Position numbers and translations under genes: made by a program. From Anaerolineales bacterium (GTDB lineage Bacteria; Chloroflexota; Anaerolineae; Anaerolineales; DRMV01): 42,792 bases of DNA. Positions within the stretch are counted from its first letter, which is position 1; each line of letters starts with the position of its first letter. This document shows positions 1-8,889 of the stretch, piece after piece. The stretch lies in the NCBI GenBank assembly GCA_026985995.1, contig JALSPJ010000102.1, positions 1 through 42,792 on the forward strand, read 5' to 3'. Under the pieces are notes generated by a model. The model ran no database searches. It saw only the letters and a list, made by a program, of their open reading frames with translations, and was not told the origin of the DNA.

Positions 1-52
1 TCTATGTCGTTTTGCCCAGGGGTTCAACCCTACGTCGGATAACACGCCGGGT

Positions 53-127
53 CGCCCCTACCGGGCTCCCCGCTCCCTGCTCTTATTCGTCCATCCGCGG
101 TTTCATCCCCCGGCGCACCGCCGGGCG
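53..127. repeat. Copy of a modular dispersed intergenic repeat, also present at 25585-25975
   Basis: Hand alignment: 92-127 vs 25619-25655 matches 34/36 positions plus one 1-nt indel. 53-82 vs 25823-25845 shows one substitution and a 7-nt indel. Confidence 0.7.
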
Positions 128-155
128 TCCGCGCGTTCCCCAACCCGCCAGGGGA

Positions 156-164
156 TGTTACAAT
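156..164 (+). promoter_or_regulatory. Putative extended -10 (TGtTACAAT) upstream of lepA
   Basis: tgttacaat lies 56 nt upstream of the lepA ATG. No convincing -35 element. Confidence 0.3.
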
Positions 165-219
165 TACCCCCACCAGGCGCGAGCCCTTTTCACCCCGCCC
201 GTTGGCGAGGAAGCATCCC

Positions 220-2034
220 ATGACCCAGGCGCACATCCGCAACTTCAGCATCATCGCCCATATCGACCACGGCAAATCCACTTTGGCCGACCGGCTGTTG
301 GAGCTCACCGGCACCATCTCGGAGCGGGAGCGCGCCGAGCAGGTCCTCGACAGCATGGACCTGGAGCGCGAAAAAGGCGTGACCATCAAGGCTTCCGCGG
401 TGCGCATGGCATACACGGCCCGGGATGGCCAGCGGTATGTACTCAATCTCATCGACACGCCGGGCCATGTGGATTTTGGCTACGAAGTGAGCCGCGCCCT
501 GGCCGCGTGCGAGGGCGCGGTGCTGGTGGTGGACGCTACCCAAGGTGTAGAGGCCCAAACCATCGCCAATCTCTATCTGGCCCTGGATGCGGACCTGGAA
601 ATCATCCCCGTGGTCAACAAAATCGACCTGCCCTCGGCCCGGCCCGACGAGGTGGCCCAGGAAGTGGCCGACTTGCTGGGCGTGGAGCCCGACGAGGTGC
701 TGCGCATCTCGGCCAAAGAGGGCACCAATGTGGAACAGGTGCTCGAGGCCGTGGTGCAGCGGGTTCCCCCACCCCAGGGCGACCCCCAGGCCCCCTTGCG
801 GGCGCTGATTTTCGACAGCCACTACGACCCCTACAAGGGCGTGGTGGTCTATGTGCGCATTGTCGATGGCCAGGTGCGGCCCGACGACGAGCTGGTGCTC
901 ATGGCCGGGGGCGCGCGCTTCAAACCGGTGGAAATCGGCGTCTTTCGGCCCGACATGACCCCGGTGGAACGCCTGGGCACCGGCGAGGTAGGGTACATTG
1001 CCACCGGCCTGAAGACGGTGCAAGAAGCCCGGGTGGGCGATACCATCACCCTGGCCCGCCGGCCCGCGGCCGAGCCCCTGCCCGGCTACCGGCATCCCAA
1101 GCCCGTGGTCTTCGCCGGCATTTACCCCGTCGAAAGCGACGATTACGAGGCCCTGCGCGATGCGCTGGCCAAACTGCAGCTCAACGACGCGGCCCTGGTC
1201 TACCAGCCCGAGCATTCCCACGCGTTGGGCTTTGGCTTTCGGGCCGGGTTCCTGGGCATGTTCCACATGGAAATCGTGCAGGAGCGCCTGGAGCGCGAGT
1301 ATGACCTGGACATTGTGGTCACCGCGCCGTCGGTGGAGTATGAAGTGGTGCTCAAGAACGGCCAGGTGCTGCGCATCGATTCCCCGGCCGAACTGCCGCC
1401 CCAGGAGCAAATCGAAGAAATCCGCGAGCCGTGGGTCGCGCTGCAAGTCTATACCCCCACCGAGTTTTACGGCCAGGTGATGGAACTGGTCACCCAACGC
1501 CGGGGGGTGTTCAAGGGGCAGGAATACCCCACGCCGGACCGGGTGGTGCTGGAATTCGAGATGCCCCTGGCCGAGCTCATCGTCGATTTCTTCGACCAGC
1601 TCAAATCGCGCACCCGGGGCTACGCGTCCATGGACTATCAGTTCATCGGCTACCGTCCCGGCGATTTGGTCAAACTGGAAGTGCTGGTCAACAAGGAACC
1701 GGTGGACGCGCTGGCCACCATCGTTCACCGGGACGAAGCCTACCGCCGGGGGCAACGGCTGGTGTCGAAACTGAAAGAGCTCATCCCCCGGCAGCTGTTC
1801 ACCGTGCCCATTCAAGCCGCGGCCAACGGCAAGGTCATCAGCCGGGCTAATGTGAAGGCCCTGCGCAAAGATGTGCTGGCCAAGTGTTACGGCGGCGATG
1901 TGACCCGCAAACGCAAGTTGCTGGAAAAGCAGAAGAAGGGCAAGAAGCGGCTGAAAATGGTGGGTAAGGTGGAAATTCCGCAGGAAGCCTTTTTGGCCGT
2001 GCTGCGGGTGGGGCGGGAGGAAAGCGGCTCGTAA
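220..2034 (+). CDS. lepA: Elongation factor 4 (LepA)
   Basis: N-terminus [30 protein letters not shown] and NKIDL GTPase motifs. The LepA-type C-terminus runs full length. The ATG at 220 follows GAGGAAG; the track start at 202 is a TTG upstream. Confidence 0.95.
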   Translation: MTQAHIRNFSIIAHIDHGKSTLADRLLELTGTISERERAEQVLDSMDLEREKGVTIKASAVRMAYTARDGQRYVLNLIDTPGHVDFGYEVSRALAACEGAVLVVDATQGVEAQTIANLYLALDADLEIIPVVNKIDLPSARPDEVAQEVADLLGVEPDEVLRISAKEGTNVEQVLEAVVQRVPPPQGDPQAPLRALIFDSHYDPYKGVVVYVRIVDGQVRPDDELVLMAGGARFKPVEIGVFRPDMTPVERLGTGEVGYIATGLKTVQEARVGDTITLARRPAAEPLPGYRHPKPVVFAGIYPVESDDYEALRDALAKLQLNDAALVYQPEHSHALGFGFRAGFLGMFHMEIVQERLEREYDLDIVVTAPSVEYEVVLKNGQVLRIDSPAELPPQEQIEEIREPWVALQVYTPTEFYGQVMELVTQRRGVFKGQEYPTPDRVVLEFEMPLAELIVDFFDQLKSRTRGYASMDYQFIGYRPGDLVKLEVLVNKEPVDALATIVHRDEAYRRGQRLVSKLKELIPRQLFTVPIQAAANGKVISRANVKALRKDVLAKCYGGDVTRKRKLLEKQKKGKKRLKMVGKVEIPQEAFLAVLRVGREESGS

Positions 2035-2052
2035 AGCCGTGGGGGGAGCGAA

Positions 2053-2445
2053 CTACGCGGCCGGAGGCTGGTTCTGCCGGGCCTGCCACAGGCGCTGAAT
2101 GAAAGTGCTCAGCATTTGCAGCGAGATGGGCTTCTCGAAGTAGTGCTCGTACCCCAAGTTGAGCAGGTCCTGCCGGTAGCGGGCCTCGGCGGTGAGGGCG
2201 ATGACTTCGGTGCCCTGGGCGTCCAGGTGGGCCTTGTAGTCGGCCAGCAGGGTAGTGGCCGTGCCGTCGGGCAGGCGAATGTCGACGATGAAGAAATCGT
2301 AGGTGTTTTGGTCGAGGAAGGCCCGGGCCTCGGCCAGGGAATAGGCCTGGTCCACCGTAAAACCACTGCGGCGGAGCACCCGGCTGTACAGGTCGTTGAG
2401 GGCGTGCTCGTCTTCGAGCACCAGGATGCGTGCATTGGCCATCAT
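2053..2445 (-). CDS. Single-domain response regulator (CheY-like receiver)
   Basis: ILVLEDE...FFIVDIRLPDG...EKP receiver signature. 130 aa with no output domain. GTGAGGTG precedes the ATG. Confidence 0.85.
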   Translation of the reverse strand: MMANARILVLEDEHALNDLYSRVLRRSGFTVDQAYSLAEARAFLDQNTYDFFIVDIRLPDGTATTLLADYKAHLDAQGTEVIALTAEARYRQDLLNLGYEHYFEKPISLQMLSTFIQRLWQARQNQPPAA

Positions 2446-2489
2446 GACAGCACCTCACGAAAAGCCCATGACCGGCCCGTTGTTATCAG

Positions 2490-2563
2490 TGGGCGGGGTG
2501 GGACTCGAACCCACGGCCTCCTCCTTGTAAGGGAGGCGCTCTAACCGGCTGAGCTACCCGCCC
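2490..2563 (-). tRNA. tRNA-Val (anticodon TAC)
   Basis: Reverse complement folds as a cloverleaf. Acceptor GGGCGGG/CCCGCCC, D arm GCTC..GAGC, anticodon stem CCTCC/GGAGG with loop CTTACAA, T arm GTGGG-TTCGAGT-CCCAC, discriminator A. CCA is not encoded. Confidence 0.93.
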
Positions 2564-2579
2564 GGGGGCCCCCATTATA

Positions 2580-2637
2580 CCATCTCCCAACCACCATCTT
2601 CCAACCGCCAACTACCATCCACTCCCCCTACCGCCCC
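2580..2637 (+). repeat. C/A-rich CCAACCACC/CCAACTACC-like tract upstream of tmRNA
   Basis: ccatctcccaaccaccatcttccaaccgccaactaccatccactccccctacc resembles the reverse complement of the heptad tract at 25396-25460. Confidence 0.5.
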
Positions 2638-2686
2638 ATGTGTGGACAAGCCCTGAAGTTCGGCGCGCAGGGCTTGCCAAAGGGGG

Positions 2687-2692
2687 TATAAT
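2687..2692 (+). promoter_or_regulatory. Putative -10 box (TATAAT) for tmRNA
   Basis: gggggTATAATaagg ends 12 nt before the mature tmRNA 5' end at 2705. No clear -35. Confidence 0.4.
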
Positions 2693-2704
2693 AAGGGTGC
2701 ACAT

Positions 2705-3098
2705 GGGGATGCATGGGTTCGACGGGAGAGCGTGGGTGCCGGATGGCGAGCCGAGGTGCGCGACCTCGTAAAACCCGCGCGAGCACAAGAAGTGCCGTGC
2801 GCACTCCTGTCTCTGCCCTGCCCGTTGCGGCCTAATGCCGCAATAGCGGGGTAGGCTCCCCACAAGGCGGGAGCCCGTCCCCCGGCCCCGAACCCCGACC
2901 GGGGCCGGTGTGGGCGGCACAAAGTCGGGGTGCCGCGCCGGGCTCGCCGCGGCCCGGCGCGTAAGACCAGCGGCGGCCTCGGAGCAGCGCCCTTTGCCGG
3001 TTGTGGGCCTTCCGAGGCGCTGCAAACAACCGGCTACGCTCGTAGAAGTCCGAGCGCCCACTCTTCCGGACGCGGGTTCGATTCCCGCCATCTCCACC
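2705..3098 (+). ncRNA. ssrA: tmRNA (SsrA)
   Basis: 5' GGGGATGCATGGGTTCGACGGG pairs with 3' CATCTCC-A-CC, including a G3:U pair. T arm GCGGG-TTCGATT-CCCGC. An internal tag frame ends ...SALPVAA-TAA (stop at 2833-2835). Confidence 0.9.
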
Positions 3099-3100
3099 TC

Positions 3101-3133
3101 CAGGGCCACCCCCGCGGTGGCCCTGCCGTTTTT
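3101..3133 (+). terminator. Rho-independent terminator after tmRNA
   Basis: 10-bp stem CAGGGCCACC/GGTGGCCCTG, loop CCCGC, followed by ccgTTTTT. Confidence 0.7.
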
Positions 3134-3262
3134 GAGCCCGGGCGCCTCGCCCGCTGGGGCCGAACGCACCGAAACTCGGCCGGGCCGGGGTGGCAAGCAG
3201 GCATCCCGGGGCGCGGCAGGGGCCAAGGCGACCGGCCGCGTGGCGATGGTCGGGAGTAGGGG

Positions 3263-3293
3263 TACAATACAAGCAACCCGACCGCGCGGTCGG
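3263..3293 (+). promoter_or_regulatory. Putative -10 (TACAAT) plus a perfect 16-bp palindrome in the leader of the CPBP protease gene
   Basis: TACAAT at 3263-3268. ccgaccgcgcggtcgg at 3278-3293 is self-complementary and abuts the SD caggagg. Confidence 0.4.
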
Positions 3294-3306
3294 CCAGGAG
3301 GTCATC

Positions 3307-3960
3307 ATGCTGCGCACCTGGTGGCAACGCTTTTGGGCCCCCGAGGCCCCGCCCACCTTCCCCCGGGAAGTGGCGTGGGCCACCCTGTTCGGCACCGGCC
3401 TCATGCTGGCCGACGGCTACAACCTGTTGGGTCTGCCCCGAGAGGAGCCCGAGAGCTTCGTGCTCTACTTCGTGGGGCTGCTGGCCGTGGCCCTGCTGGT
3501 GCTGCGCCGTCCCGTGCGCGACTATGGCCTCACTTTGGGCCGCTGGCGCGCGGGGCTGGCCCTCACCGGCCTCACCTGGGCCGTGGGTGCGGGGCTCATC
3601 CTGGGCAGCGTGCGCTTCGACCCCGCCATGTCGGCCTATTACCGGCCCCTGTGGAGCCCGGCCTACCCCCTGTGGGTGCTGATGGACATGGTAGGCTGGG
3701 AGTTCTTGTTCCGGGGTTTTTTGCTCTTTGCCTACGCCCGGACCTTTGGCCCCGGCCCCGGGTTGCTGTTGCAAATGGTGCCCTTCGCGCTTTTGCATTT
3801 GGGCAAGCCCCCGCTGGAGACCTTTTCCACCCTGTTAGGCGGGCTGTGGTTTGGCATCGTGGCCTGGCGCAGCCGCTCGGCCCTTTACCCCATGGCCGGG
3901 CATTGGTTCATCGGCTGGTTCGTGGCCTGGGCCGCGGTGCACTGGGCCCCGCCGGGGTAA
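3307..3960 (+). CDS. CPBP-family intramembrane metalloprotease (CAAX protease-like)
   Basis: Motifs WEFLFRGF, FALLHL and AGHW lie within multiple hydrophobic segments. The ATG at 3307 follows AGGAGG with 5-nt spacing; the upstream part of the track ORF is rejected. Confidence 0.8.
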   Translation: MLRTWWQRFWAPEAPPTFPREVAWATLFGTGLMLADGYNLLGLPREEPESFVLYFVGLLAVALLVLRRPVRDYGLTLGRWRAGLALTGLTWAVGAGLILGSVRFDPAMSAYYRPLWSPAYPLWVLMDMVGWEFLFRGFLLFAYARTFGPGPGLLLQMVPFALLHLGKPPLETFSTLLGGLWFGIVAWRSRSALYPMAGHWFIGWFVAWAAVHWAPPG

Positions 3961-3984
3961 ATTCTGCGGAACCGGAGCAGCACC

Positions 3985-5277
3985 ATGACCGCGGATTTCA
4001 TCGACCAGGCGTTCATTTATGTGCGCGGCGGCAAAGGCGGCGACGGCATCGTGCACTTTCGCCGGGAAAAATTCGTGCCTCGCGGCGGCCCCGACGGCGG
4101 CGACGGGGGCCGAGGCGGTGATGTCATTCTGGAAGTCAACCCCCACCTGAACACCCTGGCCCACTTTCAGCATCGCCGGCGCTTCATCGCGCCCGCGGGG
4201 GGCCGCGGCGGCCCCAACAACCGCACGGGCAAATCGGCCGAACCCCTCATCGTGCCCGTGCCCCCGGGCACCGTGGTTTACGACGCGGACACCGGCGACC
4301 TTTTGGGCGACCTCACCGAGCCGGGGCAACGCCTGGTGGTGGCCCGGGGCGGCCGCGGGGGGCGGGGCAACGCGCGCTTCAAATCGGCCCGCTTTCAAAC
4401 CCCCCGCCTGGCCGAAAAAGGCGAGCCCGGCGAAGAGCGCAACCTGCGCTTGGAGCTCCGGCTCATCGCCGATGTGGGCTTAGTGGGCGTGCCCAACGCC
4501 GGCAAATCCACCTTCCTGGCCCGGGTCACCGCGGCCAAACCGAAAATCGCACCCTACCCCTTCACCACCCTGGTGCCCAATTTGGGCGTCGCCCGCCTGG
4601 ATGACGAAACGGCGCTGGTCTTGGCCGACATCCCCGGGCTTATCGAAGGCGCGCACAAAGGCGTGGGCCTGGGGCACGACTTTTTGCGGCATGTGCAGCG
4701 CACCCGGGTGCTCATCCATCTGCTCGACGGCCTGAGCGCCGACCCCGTGGCCGATTTCGACCAAATCAACGCCGAGCTGGCCCTCTTCGACCCCCAGCTG
4801 GCCCAAAAGCCCCAAATCGTGGCCTTCAACAAGATGGACCTGCCCGAAGCCCAGGCCCGCTGGCCCCAGGTGCAGCAGGCCTTGCAAGCCCGGGGCTATG
4901 AGGTTTACCCCATCTCCGCGCTCACGGGGGAAGGCGTGCGCCGGGTGCTGTGGCGAGCCCACGAGCTGCTGCGCGCCCTGCCGCCCCCACCGCCCGAAGA
5001 AGCGCTGCCCGTTTTTCGCCCCAAGGCCGAAGACCCGCGCGCCTTTCGCATCGAGCGCACGCCCGAGGGCTTTCGGGTGCACTCCAAAGCCCTGGAGCGG
5101 GCCGCGGCCATGACTTATTGGGAATACCCCCAGGCCGTGCGCCGGTTCCAGCGCATTTTGGAGGCCCTGGGGGTCAAACAGGCCTTGCGGGAAGCCGGCG
5201 TGCAGCCCGGCGATACGGTTTTCATTGGCGATGTGGAACTGGAATGGCAGGAAGACTACGGCATCGACGAGCCATGA
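3985..5277 (+). CDS. obg: GTPase Obg
   Basis: Glycine-rich N-terminal Obg fold ([33 protein letters not shown]). G domain [25 protein letters not shown]-type C-terminal domain. Confidence 0.95.
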   Translation: MTADFIDQAFIYVRGGKGGDGIVHFRREKFVPRGGPDGGDGGRGGDVILEVNPHLNTLAHFQHRRRFIAPAGGRGGPNNRTGKSAEPLIVPVPPGTVVYDADTGDLLGDLTEPGQRLVVARGGRGGRGNARFKSARFQTPRLAEKGEPGEERNLRLELRLIADVGLVGVPNAGKSTFLARVTAAKPKIAPYPFTTLVPNLGVARLDDETALVLADIPGLIEGAHKGVGLGHDFLRHVQRTRVLIHLLDGLSADPVADFDQINAELALFDPQLAQKPQIVAFNKMDLPEAQARWPQVQQALQARGYEVYPISALTGEGVRRVLWRAHELLRALPPPPPEEALPVFRPKAEDPRAFRIERTPEGFRVHSKALERAAAMTYWEYPQAVRRFQRILEALGVKQALREAGVQPGDTVFIGDVELEWQEDYGIDEP

Positions 5278-5286
5278 TGGTACAAT
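5278..5286 (+). promoter_or_regulatory. Putative extended -10 (TGgTACAAT) for the LysM gene
   Basis: Lies immediately after the obg stop, about 25 nt upstream of the ATG at 5311. Confidence 0.4.
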
Positions 5287-5310
5287 GCTGCCTGCATGGG
5301 AGGCATAGCC

Positions 5311-6102
5311 ATGAAACGCCTGGGATTGCTCCTGCCCCTGGTTTTTGCGTTGGCCCTGGCCTGGTTCGGGGTGCAGGCCCCTGCGCCGGCCCGGGCCGCG
5401 ACCCTGGCCCAGCCCACCCCCTTCCCCACGCCCACGCCCCGGGAAGATGGGGCCATCGTCTACATCGTGCAGCCGGGCGATACCCTGTGGCGCATTGCGG
5501 CCATCAGCGGCGTGCCCATCGAGGAACTGCGCGCCCTCAACGGCCTGCGCTCCGATGTGGTTTCGCCGGGCCAGCCCCTCATTTTGGGCTACGCGGTGCC
5601 CGGGGCTACGCCCACACCGGCCACTGCAAACCAACCAACGCCCACACCCCTGCTGCCCACGCCCACGCCGGTTCCCCAGCTGGGCGTCATTTGCGCCTTC
5701 TTGTTTCAGGATAGCAACGGCAATGCGGTCTTCGACGACGACGAAGTGTATTTGACCGGCGGCGCGGTCAGCCTGCAAAGCCGGGCCGGGTTGCAACGCT
5801 CGGGCACCACCGCGGACGAGCCCTTATGCTTCGAAGACCTGCCGCCCGGCGATTACAACCTGGCCATGGGCATTCCCGAGGGGTTCAACCCCACCACCGC
5901 CACCAACCGCCCGGTGCGGCTGGAAGAGGGCGATACCCTCTATGTGGCCTTTGGCGCGCAGCCGGCCGAGGAAAACCCGGGCCTGCTGGCCGGGGGCGGT
6001 TCCCCCTGGCTGGCCATCGTGGGCGGCGTGTTGGTGCTGGCCGGCGCGGTGCTGGGCTGGTATGCCTGGCGCGCCAGCCGCCCCGCCTATGCGCCGAAGT
6101 GA
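5311..6102 (+). CDS. Secreted or anchored LysM-domain protein with a C-terminal TM segment
   Basis: Signal peptide MKRLGLLLPLVFALALA, LysM (YIVQPGDTLWRIAAISGVPIEELRALNGL), a PT-rich linker, and the C-terminal hydrophobic helix WLAIVGGVLVLAGAVLGWY. GGGAGG lies 7 nt before the ATG. Confidence 0.8.
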   Translation: MKRLGLLLPLVFALALAWFGVQAPAPARAATLAQPTPFPTPTPREDGAIVYIVQPGDTLWRIAAISGVPIEELRALNGLRSDVVSPGQPLILGYAVPGATPTPATANQPTPTPLLPTPTPVPQLGVICAFLFQDSNGNAVFDDDEVYLTGGAVSLQSRAGLQRSGTTADEPLCFEDLPPGDYNLAMGIPEGFNPTTATNRPVRLEEGDTLYVAFGAQPAEENPGLLAGGGSPWLAIVGGVLVLAGAVLGWYAWRASRPAYAPK

Positions 6103-6111
6103 GGGCGAGCC

Positions 6112-6927
6112 GTGCTCCAACGACCCTTGCGTGACCCCCACACCCGGCCCGGCGATTGGGTGCAGCTCACCCAGGTGCAGGGACGGCGCTTTTTCCTCTT
6201 CCGCCTCACCCCCGGCGAGCAGCTGCACACCCACAAAGGCATCATTGCCCACGACGCGCTCATCGGCATCCCTTGGGGCAGCCGGGTCACCACCCATTTG
6301 GGCGTGCCTTTTTATGTCCTGCCGCCCAGTTTGTCCGATATTTTGCGGGAAACCAAGCGCCGCACGCAAATTCTGTTTCCCAAAGACATCGGCTACATCC
6401 TTCTGCGCCTGAGCGTGGGCCCGGGCACCCACATCATCGAGGCTGGCACGGGCTCGGGCGCGCTGACCACGGCCTTAGCCTACGCGGTGGGCGAGCAGGG
6501 GCGGGTTTATTCCTATGAACGCCGGCCCGAAATGCAGGCCCTGGCGCGGCAGAACCTGGCCCTGTGGGGCCTGGAGGGCCGGGTGACCTTCCACCTGCAC
6601 GACATCGCCGAGGGCTTCTTCGAGCGCGGGGTGGACGCTCTGTTCCTGGATGTGCCCACGCCCGAGGCGTATGTGGCCCAGGTGCGGGCGGCCCTGCGGC
6701 CCGGAGGCTTTTTCGGCGCGCTGGTGCCCACCACCAATCAGGTCAGCCGGCTGGTGGCCGCGCTGGCGGCCGCGCACTTTGCCTTCATCGAGGTGGCCGA
6801 AATTTTGCTGCGCTTCTACAAGCCCGTGCCCGAACGCCTGCGCCCCACGGACCGCATGGTGGCCCACACGGGCTACCTCATCTTCGCCCGCCCGGTGGAA
6901 CCGACCGCCCCACCCGAGCCGCAATGA
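6112..6927 (+). CDS. trmI: tRNA (adenine-N1)-methyltransferase TrmI/Gcd14 family
   Basis: N-terminal beta domain (GDWVQL...THKGII.HD.LIG) plus the SAM motif IIEAGTGSGALTTALA. GTG start follows GAGGG. Confidence 0.85.
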   Translation: MLQRPLRDPHTRPGDWVQLTQVQGRRFFLFRLTPGEQLHTHKGIIAHDALIGIPWGSRVTTHLGVPFYVLPPSLSDILRETKRRTQILFPKDIGYILLRLSVGPGTHIIEAGTGSGALTTALAYAVGEQGRVYSYERRPEMQALARQNLALWGLEGRVTFHLHDIAEGFFERGVDALFLDVPTPEAYVAQVRAALRPGGFFGALVPTTNQVSRLVAALAAAHFAFIEVAEILLRFYKPVPERLRPTDRMVAHTGYLIFARPVEPTAPPEPQ

Positions 6928-7571
6928 CCATTCCCTCCAGCGCCGCCTCACCCCCCTGGCAGTGGGAACCCGACCGCCTGCGCCGCGCGTTGCAGCAAGG
7001 CCAGGCGCGTTTGCCCGCGAGGGTGGACCCTTACGGCCCCGCACTGCCCGCGCCCGGCAAGCCCGCAGCCGTGCTGGTGCCCTTCGTGCCCACGCCGCAG
7101 GGCTGGCAGGTGCTGTTCATCCGCCGGGCCGAACACCCCCACGACCCCCACAGCGGACAGGTCTCCTTCCCCGGCGGCCGGCGCGAGCCCTCGGACCCCG
7201 ACGCGCCGACCACGGCTTTGCGGGAAACCCACGAAGAGGTGGGCCTCCCCCCCACGGCCATTGAGCTGTGGCTGCCCTTGCCCCGCCACCGCACGGCCAG
7301 CAACTATTGGGTGGAACCGTGGGTGGGCCAGGTGCGCGACTGGCCCCGGCCCTTGCGCTTGCAGCCCGCGGAAGTGGCCTGGACCTTCACCGTGCCCCTG
7401 GCCTGGCTGGCCGACCCGCGGCATTTGGAACGCCGCTGGCGGCGGGTGCACGGTGTGTTGGTACCCACCTACTACTTTCACTGGCCCCAGGCGCCCATTT
7501 GGGGCGCTACGGCTCGGGTGGTGGTTTCGCTGCTGAACGCGCTGGGCCTGCTGCACCTGCCGCCGGTGTAG
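6924..7571 (+). CDS. Nudix hydrolase, CoA pyrophosphatase type
   Basis: HSGQVSFPGGRREPSDPDAPTTALRETHEEVGL matches the Nudix box plus the upstream NudL-like signature. The ATG overlaps the trmI stop (ATGA). Confidence 0.85.
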   Translation: MTIPSSAASPPWQWEPDRLRRALQQGQARLPARVDPYGPALPAPGKPAAVLVPFVPTPQGWQVLFIRRAEHPHDPHSGQVSFPGGRREPSDPDAPTTALRETHEEVGLPPTAIELWLPLPRHRTASNYWVEPWVGQVRDWPRPLRLQPAEVAWTFTVPLAWLADPRHLERRWRRVHGVLVPTYYFHWPQAPIWGATARVVVSLLNALGLLHLPPV

Positions 7572-7586
7572 GCCCGCCCGCGGCCT

Positions 7587-8888
7587 TCACAGAAAGCCCA
7601 GCTTTTTGGCCTCGCGCCGCAGGTCGGCCCGAAAATCGGGGTGGGCGATGGCGATGAGGGCCTCGGCCCGCTGGCGGATGGTCTTGCCGTGCAAATAGGC
7701 CACGCCGTATTCGGTGACCACATAGTGCACATCGTTGCGGGTGGTGGTCACCCCCGCGCCCGGCTTCAGGGTGGCCACGATGCGCGAGATGGTTCCCCCT
7801 TTGGCTGTGGAGGGCAGGGCGATGATGGGCTTGCCGCCTTTGCTGCGGGCCGCGCCGCGGATGAAATCCACCTGGCCGCCCACGCCGCTGTAGAATTTGG
7901 GCCCAATGGAATCCGCGCACACCTGCCCCGTCAGGTCCACCTCGATGGCCGAATTGATGGCCACCATGTTGTCGTTTTGGGCGATGACGAAGGGGTCGTT
8001 GACATAATCGGTGGGGTGGAATTCCACCATGGCGTTGTTGTCCACGAAGTCGTACAGACGCTGGGAGCCCAACACAAAGCCGACGATGATTTTGCCCCGG
8101 TGCAGGGTTTTGCGCTCGTTGGTGATGACGCCTTGCTCCACCAGCTCCACCACGCCGTCGGAGAAGAGCTCGGTGTGGATGCCCAAGTCGCGTTTGTCTT
8201 TGAGGTAATAGAGCACCGCGTCGGGGATGCCGCCGATGCCCAGCTGCAGGGTCGCGCCATCGGGGATGAGTTCCGCAATGTGCTGCGCGATGCGCATTTG
8301 CACCTCGCCGGGCTGGCCCTGGGGCAACTCGGGCAGGTTGTAGGAAACGGGCACGAAGGCGTCGATTTTGGACACATGGATGAAGGAATCGCCCAAGGTG
8401 CGGGGCATACGATCGTTGACCTCGGCGATGACCACCCGGGCGGCCTCGGCCGCGGGTTTGGTGATGCCCACTTCCACCCCAAAGGAGCAAAAGCCGTGTT
8501 CGTCGGGGGGCGAGACATGGATGAGGGCCACATCTAAGGGCAGTTCCTGGCGGAACAGGCCCGGCACTTCGCTGAGGAACACGGGCGTGAAATCGGCCCG
8601 GCCCTCGTGCACGGCCTGGCGCACATTGGCGCTGATGAACAGGGTGTTCACCCGCAGCCGGCCTTCCAGGTCGGGGCTCACATATTCCGCGTCGCCCACG
8701 GTGAGCACCTGGACGATTTCCACATTGTCGATTTCCCCGGCCCGGGCCCGCTGCACCAGGGCCTTGAGCACGGTTTGGGGCACCGAACAGTTCCCCGTGA
8801 GGAACACCCGCTGGCCCGAGCGAATGCGTTGCACCGCGTCTTCCGCGGTGGTCATGCGTTGGTGGTAGATGCGCTCCCAGTAGGCCAT
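7587..8888 (-). CDS. Acetyl-CoA hydrolase/transferase family protein (4-hydroxybutyrate/succinyl-CoA:acetate CoA-transferase-like)
   Basis: Family-typical SAIEVDLTGQVCADSIG and GGQVDFIRGA. Start MAYWERIY is preceded by GGGGAGG, 1 nt after the ald stop. Confidence 0.9.
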   Translation of the reverse strand: MAYWERIYHQRMTTAEDAVQRIRSGQRVFLTGNCSVPQTVLKALVQRARAGEIDNVEIVQVLTVGDAEYVSPDLEGRLRVNTLFISANVRQAVHEGRADFTPVFLSEVPGLFRQELPLDVALIHVSPPDEHGFCSFGVEVGITKPAAEAARVVIAEVNDRMPRTLGDSFIHVSKIDAFVPVSYNLPELPQGQPGEVQMRIAQHIAELIPDGATLQLGIGGIPDAVLYYLKDKRDLGIHTELFSDGVVELVEQGVITNERKTLHRGKIIVGFVLGSQRLYDFVDNNAMVEFHPTDYVNDPFVIAQNDNMVAINSAIEVDLTGQVCADSIGPKFYSGVGGQVDFIRGAARSKGGKPIIALPSTAKGGTISRIVATLKPGAGVTTTRNDVHYVVTEYGVAYLHGKTIRQRAEALIAIAHPDFRADLRREAKKLGFL

Positions 8889-8889
8889 G

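Noticed and set aside
190-1815. 541-aa ORF antisense to lepA, and similar large shadow ORFs (for example 4480-5796, 7507-8490, 19321-21537, 19881-22016, 21431-22747, 25661-27862, 34800-36074)
   Set aside because: These are typical high-GC artefacts. They overlap strongly supported genes on the other strand or frame, have Arg/Gly/Pro/Ala-rich compositions, and contain no motifs.
3099-3306. Looked for a genomic island or integrase at the tmRNA 3' end and near tRNA-Val
   Set aside because: No integrase and no direct repeat of the tmRNA or tRNA 3' end is visible in the window. The flanking genes are core housekeeping genes.
6564-6923. N-terminal extensions offered by the ORF track for several genes
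   Set aside because: Examples are the Nudix gene (6564-6923), the CoA-transferase (8889-9113), ald (9991-10092), the giant gene (16265-16351), the ribD-C gene (16779-17045), the MDR gene (17720-17809), holA (21074-21703), the protease (28037-28114), the hydrolase (28151-28372), nrnA (36925-37218), truB (38261-38317) and the lipoprotein (42177-42533). The extensions overlap upstream genes or intergenic repeats and have Arg/Pro/Gly-rich junk composition. Internal starts with good SD spacing coincide with the conserved N-termini.
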